A DNA stretch of 64,000 bases from Oopsacas minuta (lineage: Eukaryota; Animalia; Porifera), in NCBI GenBank assembly GCA_024704765.1, contig JAKMXF010000324.1:248001-312000 (forward strand), written 5' to 3'. The notes beneath the pieces were generated by a model. It made no database searches. It was not told where the DNA came from and saw only the letters and a program-made list of their open reading frames with translations. Positions 56,528-64,000 of the stretch are shown piece after piece (the stretch's first letter is position 1; each line of letters opens with the position of its first letter). The translations under genes and the position numbers were made by a program.

Positions 56528-59500
56528 ATGAACGCTAGCATAGAAGTTACCTCTACTACTGACATACAAAATACACTACCCAAACTGAGGACATACTTCT
56601 GCCAGGTTAATTATATACATACAGTCAGCTCCTGTTATATCGATCACGGATATATGGAAATACCCGCTTATACCAAAGTCTGAATTGTACAAATATTGCC
56701 CCAAACCTTCAAAGTAACATATATACCATCGGCTATATTGAAGTAATTACCGCGCTCCCTTGAGCTTAGATAGTACAGGAGTTGACTATATATTTTTTAT
56801 CATTATTTAGCTTTTAGAAGAGTTAAAGATAAGAAGAGTGAGTATTAATAGTTTCTCCAAATTCAATACAATTATCTTACAAATATTTAATAGGAGAATG
56901 ATAGAGAGAGTGACAAGCGAGTCAAAGAGTTGGTATCTCTACAGCATGGATTAGAAGAGAAGTTGGTGAGTTTATTATTCGAATAGATCTGCCCTCATTC
57001 GTATTTGCAACAAAATAATATAAATAATACTATTCAGGAAGAGGGAGCATTCAGGTTACAGAGGTTACAAGCTGAACAAACTAGCAAACTAGAAGAACAG
57101 AGAAGAATGGTAATAATTATACTATTATCACTGCAAAATAATATCTGAAATATCAAATTTTCTAGTTTGAAGATCAGATTAAAGACTCAGATGAAGAGAA
57201 GGTAAGGGTTAGGAATATCTTGGGGTCGAATTGGTTGTCATGCTGGTTCCACACACACAATCTTCATAACATAGTCCCTCTTACTGTTTTGTGGATAAGA
57301 CAAGTGTGCTATGTAATTAGCCCATAAACAAATACGTGAAAGTGATCAAATATAGAATACAACCAAAGTTTTTAAATATACATTTTGTAAGACTTAAATA
57401 TACGCATTCGGTATATTAATATATTGTCTTGGGGGGGGTTCGCACCATGGATCATATCGATCAGAATACTCATATATTTGCAATTGCTACTTTTAACTGA
57501 ATACTGCCGGGAAAATGTGTGATTTTATGACGTCAAAAAGGTGCTAAAATCACACATTTCCTGCGGGAATTGGTTAAAATGAAATGAGTAAAATTAGTGT
57601 TCCTTTTATCCTTTTCATTACGAACGTAACACTTCGATAAAGTTATTTGTGCACAAAGTATTCAGCAAATTAGAAGAGACCAAGGGAGCAAACGAAAAAT
57701 TCTATCTATCTTTCATATTCCGTTTGGTTACACCCGTTTTTCTATAAAGCCCAACTATTATTCCAAATCTACTTTGTAGATGAAAGCACAACTATTTTCA
57801 GATACTTCAATGAAAGAAACAAAATCACTGAGAGATGAAATAAGGAAGCTACATGTACGCAATATAATTAATGAATACACGAATCTCTGATGCTTTTATA
57901 TTTCATGTAAACACTAGTTATATCTACATAACTAATACGGTTTTCCGGGTAGTTTCTCTCTCCCATGCGGTGCTGTTAAATCAAGAACAGGGCCTTTAGG
58001 AATAATCCCACTAGGATTTATATCTCTAACCTGGAATCCAGTGAATGAGGTTTCCTTAAGAAGTTCGATATCCAGCGTTTCTTTAAACGCAGGTATCTGA
58101 TACAACTCTCTTAGATATCCTAACAGATTAGGATAATCTGTGATTCGTCTGAGGTTAATCTTAGCTAGCATGTAGTATACAGAATCAAATCTTATTAAAA
58201 CTACGTAGAATTTGATATCACAATCTGTTAGCTGATCTCCGCATAGATAACGCTGTTTAGAGAGAATATCTTCCAACTAGACAATACACTTATTGTTAAT
58301 ACACAAATATTATGGATTTACTGTATTAAAGATTGTGTGAAGTTTTCCAGTATTTGAAATTTAAATTTTATTTATTCTACGAAATGTGAAAATCCAATTT
58401 TTGTTACAGCAATAACCGCGAATTTATGACGAAAATCTTCACTAGAAAATGACGTACCGTAGTCTGGGGCTACTTTGTCCCCCTGGGTTTGCTTTACGTA
58501 GCCCAAATATCAAAGTTTCAAAGCAACTAGATTAGATTCAGTATTATACTTGAATATGACTAGCCAATTTTTTAACGAATTTTCTAATATTGCTAGACAA
58601 TTTCTAATACAAATACAATATCTATTCGATACGTAAGGAAATTTCAATATTTGGGCTAAAGCAAACCCAGTGGGCCAAAGTAGCCCAAGTTTACGGTATT
58701 TATAACCTTGTCTAAAGATGTGAAATACTCATAAAGAGACTTCTCATAATCAGCCTGTGTTTTAGCCAACAAACAGCCATACTGGAAATATATATAAGAT
58801 GATAGAATATTGTCATCTACGTCATCCATCTTATCCTTCAATCGTTTCGGATATAAATCTATGTCTGGGAATTTAGCGAATTTATTGAATTCAGAATTGA
58901 ACATCTGCATCATATCACCGCTCTCATTGTTAACAACCAAGTTTGTTTTCTGGTCGTAAAGTGCAGGGACACTGACGGTCCCATTGTACCCAGGGACGTT
59001 TAATTGGTACACCTGCCGGAGATGAGTAAAATTATTGTTGAACGGATCCAAAGTACAATCTTTTATCTTGTCAGTAAATGCCCAACCTTTATCATCATAT
59101 TTCCAAGTTGTTGTTATAGAAATTACATCTTCAAGCCCTTTTAACTTTCGTACGATAGTCGCGCGTTGTGCAAACGGACACAAGTTTGAGCTATAGAGAT
59201 GATATCTGTTAGATTCCGCGAGATACCCAGAGCTCCCGTCAGCTGTTATGAATTTACGGAAAGGATTGTCAGTCGTATCCGTAGAAGCCATTCTTATACA
59301 AATAAGAAAGGGATTGAATGATTTTTGTAAGACTTTGAGAGCCACAAGTTATAGCTATAAATGTAAAACATTTGAATAATTGACGTCATCAACTCACACA
59401 TTTCCCAACAGTATTCTATTAAATATTAAAACAAATCAAATGAGTGCGCATTAAAATCTCAACAATATCTGTTATTTAATGAATTTAAGTGTATATAGCA

Positions 59501-61476
59501 TTGATGCAGCGGATAATATATTACGACAGATAAAGTAATGTGTGTATCGTATGTAAGTGAATGAGGTTATATTTATACTGGCATACTCTCTACATCGTTA
59601 CAGTCTTGTGTTTCATTTTCACTTTCATTTGCAATCAGTGATTCATACTGTAAACTCGCGAATTTCTCCCAATCTGTCATGGACACTATTTCGTCTGGGT
59701 CTCTGGCTGTTGGATCCTTCTGTTCATATTCAAGATATTTATCCAAGTTTATGAACGTGTTATAGAAAATATACCCAAGTTTACAACGTTTTATATCTGA
59801 TAGTGTAATCTGACTGTTGACAGCTGGTTTGACAAGGTCCAACATTTGACAAGCTAAGTCCACAAACGCGGGCATTTCAGCTCCAAGCTCTTCTAGCCTA
59901 TTCTTCTGATCAACATAGAAATATTCCATTTCATATAACGATATTACTCCATCACCATCAATATCCATACACCTGAACCAGTACTCAATACTTGTGGGAT
60001 GTTTCTTATCCTCTTCAGCAAGGATAAATCTTATAAAGTCATCATACGTCATAAAGTCTTCTCCTTGTTTCCTACTACTCACACTACGTACGCAGCTACT
60101 GAAGATACGGTCAATTATCCGAGAGGATAGCGTCTGATCAGCGTATCGTGACAATTCTGCCTTGTTTATTAATAAATCGTGGTCGCTATCAAGTTCCCAG
60201 AACTTACAGTAAATTACGTAGAAATGCTCGTAAGAGAAATAATCTGTAATTTTATTGATATCATCCTCCAATTCTAGTAGCTTAATCGTCGGTAGTAAAT
60301 TACTTCTTCTAATCTCCTGTGTAGTTATTTTCCCATTCCATGATCTGTTTATACTAAAGAAAATCCTACCAACAACTGTTTGTATGTATCTAGAATGAAA
60401 TTCTTGGTGTGACGTCAGAAATGTTAGCCCTGGATGAGAATCTACGATATCTTGCAGTATAAATTCGAAATCTTCATACACCAAATAGTTTTTCTTCCCC
60501 CCTGATAAGATGTAAACAAATCTAGCCTCGTCATCATGACATTCTTCATTTAAACTTTTCCACATACGTTTGAACGCGGGGAATGAGATACGATCGGATC
60601 CAGCAGACATTAACGAGAACAACGGTTCTTTCCAGTAGATCGGGAATCCTATCGACTTGGTAACCTCCTGGAATTCAATTCTTGTTATAAATCCATCTTT
60701 GGACCGTTTAAATATAGCTTGAACAGATTGAGTTATGTGTTGTCTATAATCTGTATCTGCCATAGAATCTGGAAAACCTTTTGGAAAATAGAATTTTGGT
60801 AAAGTCGTAGTGTCAGGTGTCGAGTGTGTGAGACTGGATATTTTGGGGATAGGTTGCTGAGGTGTTTGTGTTGTTGTTGATTCTTCTTGGAGTAAACAAA
60901 TTTTCTTTGGATAAGGATGTTCTTTTTCGTGTGCAGGGGAATTCGGGTCTCGTATTGATCTGGACGTTTTAAGGAGTGAGAAAGGAGATGGAGACCGGGG
61001 AGGAGACCCATCGCCCGGCCGTGGGGACAGCTCACGAGGCCGCACACCGGTTTCTAAGAGAGACGTATCTGTATCTGTCATATCAGCTGATTGTCTGTTA
61101 TTCTTAAGATACTTCGAAGTACCGTTTTTGATCGCGTTAACCTCCTCTCTCAATGTATTTTGCACCTCAGGGAGACTTAACCATTGTTGTATCAGCTGAT
61201 TGATGTAGTGTAGTTTAGGTGTAGGTAGTGTTATAGAGGGAGATTGCTTCCATACTTCTGTTATAGGTGGTATAGTCGTTTCTTTGGATATTGTGCTGAT
61301 GGTATTCTTCATTTTGTTAGAAATCTAATTTATGAATTAATCAGAGAATATTTAAATTTGAATATTTTTTACAGTTTATTGTGTTTTTGGGAATATTTTT
61401 ACTTTTTTTCAAAAATCTACTTCTTGAAGACGAAAACTACAGTCGTGACCGGGTTTTTGCCGGATTGTTAATGTGA

Positions 61477-61508
<32 letters not shown>

Positions 61509-63342
61509 TAATGGCCCGTATGCGTACGCTTCTGAATCGAAAGAGGATTATACAATAAACTTTGTTATAACAAAGCGCTAGGATTACTTCTCCCTAGTTG
61601 TTAAATGTTTTCACTTAGTGAGTCAAATCTTTAATGTATTAGCGTCAGACTAGCCCTACAAGTTGCCAGAGTCTCTCAAGGCATTATCATGAGAAAGGGG
61701 AAATCGCTACTTAGCAAACTTCCAGAAGGGGAAGGCGGATGCTAGATGGATGATACGAATTCATGCTATATAAATGAATCTCTATAAACTGGGTAGTATT
61801 TTTTGCGTTCCGTGTACTCCCACTTTAGAAGTTACACCATATTCTACATGATTGGAGCCTTGGTTTAGTTCTGACACCAAAGAGCAAATACAAATATACA
61901 TATATGACACAAACCTTAGAATCTGAGTCTCTGAATCGATCCCTCAAAATCATGTTCTTAATATCAACAAATTTAGAAAATACAATAGTGAATATATTAA
62001 CCATAAAGTTGTACCTTCTCCCTCAATACTAGCTTAAATATAATCTGATGAGAGCATCCTTACATGACACTATATGCTCGATTAATTTGTATGGCATATC
62101 AATAAACATGAAGTACCATGCTGTGTACACCAACTGCCCGTTGTGGCTTTCGAATCCTTAACCATTAAACAAGATTCCAATTCACCGGATTATCTCTTTG
62201 TTATAAACAACTAGCACGTAAATATATGTGCAGAGTACAAAGCAATTTGTGTACTTGAAAGGTTTGCGTAATTAACCTGAAGCTTTTCCAATTATGTTTA
62301 TTAGTAGAAAGCTAATTAACAGTAAATTTTGTATTATTAAACTCAAGCACTTCTTATTCGTATTTAATTATTTCGAATGGCTTTGTTCTGTTGAAAATTT
62401 CTGTTATAAAACACTGTATTTGGAAGAAGAGTTCTTGAAAATAATCATTGCTGTTTCTTTATTATTTTCAACGTAATAATCAGATACTACCCGCTACGTA
62501 TTTATGATTTGAGTATGAAAATCGTTAACGAGGGGTCTGTTGGCTTGTTTTTAGTTATAAATACCAACTTTATATTTTACAAATTCCATCGATTTTCATC
62601 GTCAAACCCTTGGATTTTACGTACGTTTATTTCAGTGTTTTGTTTTAGTTTTCAAAATTCAGTTTGGAGAAAATAATAAAAGATCAGGTAAGCTCTCTGA
62701 TTAATCTTTTGTTGTCAGTTCGTAAACATATATAATATTTAGGAATGTAAACTCAGCTAATGAACAGTTGTAGAGATAGCTATCATCTCCAAATATCACA
62801 GATAGAAATACAATCTTCTCGGTGTAGTCAACAGCTATCAGAACTAGAAGCTGCATTAAATTTACTACAGAATAGTGGTTGGTATTAAATTAGATCCACC
62901 ATCCATGGTAACACATTTCGTAACGGGGCCTAGCTTAGCCTAAACCTTCTATGACGAAAAAAGTATACGTATATCCGCGAAATTCCAAATTTTGTATATT
63001 TGTTACAAATCAGCTGTAAAAGTCAGAAAGTCATGATAATTCCAAAATATGAAAATATAACAAACACCTTCAAATTAAAATAAGAACCTCAAAGAGTGAT
63101 TTATTGGAAATATTTGGACGAAAATAATAAGGGAAATATTGTATTTAGTAAACTCAGCAATGAGTGTGAACGAAGTAGTTAAAGAACAAAACGCTACATA
63201 CAGTAACCAATTAGAGAATATGAAAGAAGAATCTAACAGATTATTACAGAAAGTCTATAAGAACCCTCTCTATCAAGAAATAAAGTTTAGAGAAGAAAGA
63301 GAACAAGTAGAGATTGTTAAACTCAAAGTACAGCTTAATCAT
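56528..63342 (+). CDS. Multi-exon coiled-coil protein: exons 56528-56605, 56811-56837, 56894-56965, 57038-57109, 57166-57201, then probably 62649-62687, 62743/62757-62877, 63158-63342, continuing downstream
   Basis: Each exon has canonical AG/GT borders, is stop-free and phase-compatible with its neighbours, and encodes heptad-like sequence. The join across 57202-62648 is inferred from phase only. Confidence 0.6.
56620..56790. mobile_element. MITE family A copy (further remnants at ~3370-3419, 11429-11487, 36890-37075, 41270-41368)
   Basis: TACAGTCAGCTCCTGTTATATCG ... GGAGTTGACTATA with the family's internal motifs. Confidence 0.8.
57932..59291 (-). CDS. Glutathionyl-hydroquinone reductase-like GST (Xi/omega-like, YqjG/ECM4 family); exons 59291-58707 and 58276-57932
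   Basis: RYHLYSSNLCPFAQRATIVRKLKGLE, TVSVPALYD...VVNNESGDM, DLYP, LDK|LEDILSKQRYLCGDQLTDCDI...LIRFDSVY and INPSGIIPKGP. Confidence 0.9.
58455..58698. mobile_element. MITE with approx. 60-bp TIRs inside the GST intron
   Basis: The left end TACCGTAGTCTGGGGCTACTTTGTCCCCCTGGGTTTGCTTTACGTAGCCCAAATAT is matched by the reverse complement of ~58640-58698. Confidence 0.8.
59573..61312 (-). CDS. PPP2R3: PP2A regulatory subunit B'' (PR72/PR130 family), intronless
   Basis: LPKFYFP, DSHPGLTFL...EFHSRYIQTV, YFSYEHFYVIYCKFWELDSDHD, EF-hand SIEYWFRCMDIDGDG and FYNTFINL. Confidence 0.93.
   Translation of the reverse strand: MKNTISTISKETTIPPITEVWKQSPSITLPTPKLHYINQLIQQWLSLPEVQNTLREEVNAIKNGTSKYLKNNRQSADMTDTDTSLLETGVRPRELSPRPGDGSPPRSPSPFSLLKTSRSIRDPNSPAHEKEHPYPKKICLLQEESTTTQTPQQPIPKISSLTHSTPDTTTLPKFYFPKGFPDSMADTDYRQHITQSVQAIFKRSKDGFITRIEFQEVTKSIGFPIYWKEPLFSLMSAGSDRISFPAFKRMWKSLNEECHDDEARFVYILSGGKKNYLVYEDFEFILQDIVDSHPGLTFLTSHQEFHSRYIQTVVGRIFFSINRSWNGKITTQEIRRSNLLPTIKLLELEDDINKITDYFSYEHFYVIYCKFWELDSDHDLLINKAELSRYADQTLSSRIIDRIFSSCVRSVSSRKQGEDFMTYDDFIRFILAEEDKKHPTSIEYWFRCMDIDGDGVISLYEMEYFYVDQKNRLEELGAEMPAFVDLACQMLDLVKPAVNSQITLSDIKRCKLGYIFYNTFINLDKYLEYEQKDPTARDPDEIVSMTDWEKFASLQYESLIANESENETQDCNDVESMPV
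61478..61507. repeat. (AAT)n microsatellite
   Basis: Read directly from the sequence. Confidence 0.9.
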
Positions 63343-64000
63343 GTGAGTAATATTTATACTGAAAATACAATCAACGGGCCTGTGGGATCGGGGAACTTCT
63401 GGAAACGAAGTAAAAAACAATATAGCGAATTACTAGTTACATACAAATGAAGCAATGAACCTCCAAGAACGGGGGAACGGGGTAGGAATTTTCGGCGTGC
63501 CTGCTATCCCATTTGTACGTACTATGGATGAGTGCGAACTTCCACTTGCCTTGCCTGATCCTCATTGAAGGTCGAAGAGCAGGCCTCAGGGGAAATTGTC
63601 CGCTTCACCTGGAGTAATACCAATTGAATAACCATCATAGAGACCTGATTTTGTTTGTTTTATCCGCAAATTCGAATTTATCGTGTTTCGTATTAACGAA
63701 GATCCACTATACTCATTTATAACTGTAATGAATTGATATTTGTATTATTGAATAATTCTACCATCAATAATCCCTATACTACGAACTACAATATTGTCCT
63801 ATATAATTCTACCAGCTAGAAGGTTACTTCACCTTTTTCTTAGGCCTGAGATTACTACAATGTCCACATTTCTTCTTACGACAATTCTTAGCTCTTGGGT
63901 GTAGTCTGGCGTAGCATTTCCTACAAATCATTTTATCGCAGTTGTACTTCTGAGCTAGAAGCTTAAGAGTAGGTTCAATTCCTCCCCCTCTTAGCCTCAA

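Noticed and set aside
3370-56790. Recurrent ~25-bp motif (GGAGTTGACTGTA / TACAGTCAACTCC) as a CRISPR-like or regulatory array
   Set aside because: Copies are dispersed, occur as inverted pairs about 100-190 bp apart with TA flanks, and have no regular spacers. They are MITE termini in a eukaryotic genome.
63139-63450. Stand-alone 103-aa gene
   Set aside because: Better explained as an internal exon (63158-63342, AG/GT-bounded, phase 1 matching the previous exon) with read-through into introns.
63460-63625. GC-rich patch (also 55230-55345 and 25690-25870) as a possible ncRNA
   Set aside because: No tRNA, snRNA or rRNA signature and no convincing fold by eye. Probably transposon fragments; an Rfam/Infernal scan would settle it.

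Overview
Eukaryotic, AT-rich, very gene-dense window from an animal genome with GT-AG introns. The gene content and the expanded coiled-coil/NHL family resemble a glass sponge (hexactinellid, Oopsacas-like); this is inference, not shown. About 28 protein-coding genes are supported: KCC/SLC12 3' end, a Mieap-like gene, a secreted beta-lactamase-fold-like protein, a bHLH factor, SRPRB, ALDH8A1, Orai, an ankyrin protein, APC, RFC1, a RING-CC-NHL protein, an EEP phosphodiesterase, CMC2, a ZDHHC, TMEM185, two NHL paralogs, eIF4E, Argonaute, a TSG101-like UEV protein, SCYL3, SMPD4, E2F, a Xi-class GST, PPP2R3 and three coiled-coil genes. Many MITEs from at least five families are present. Main observations: (1) two NHL paralogs whose differences cluster on propeller-loop positions bracket an eIF4E-Argonaute-UEV block, a candidate diversified RNA-sensing or defence locus; (2) a long same-strand gene array in which most ATGs lie a few nt downstream of a splice-acceptor-like site, suggesting SL trans-splicing or operons; (3) two host introns each holding two complete nested genes; (4) an APC with no recognisable beta-catenin/Axin repeats; (5) three or four single-base -1 frameshifts that are probably assembly deletions. 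No rRNA, tRNA or CRISPR array was recognised. All homology calls come from recalled motifs, not database searches.
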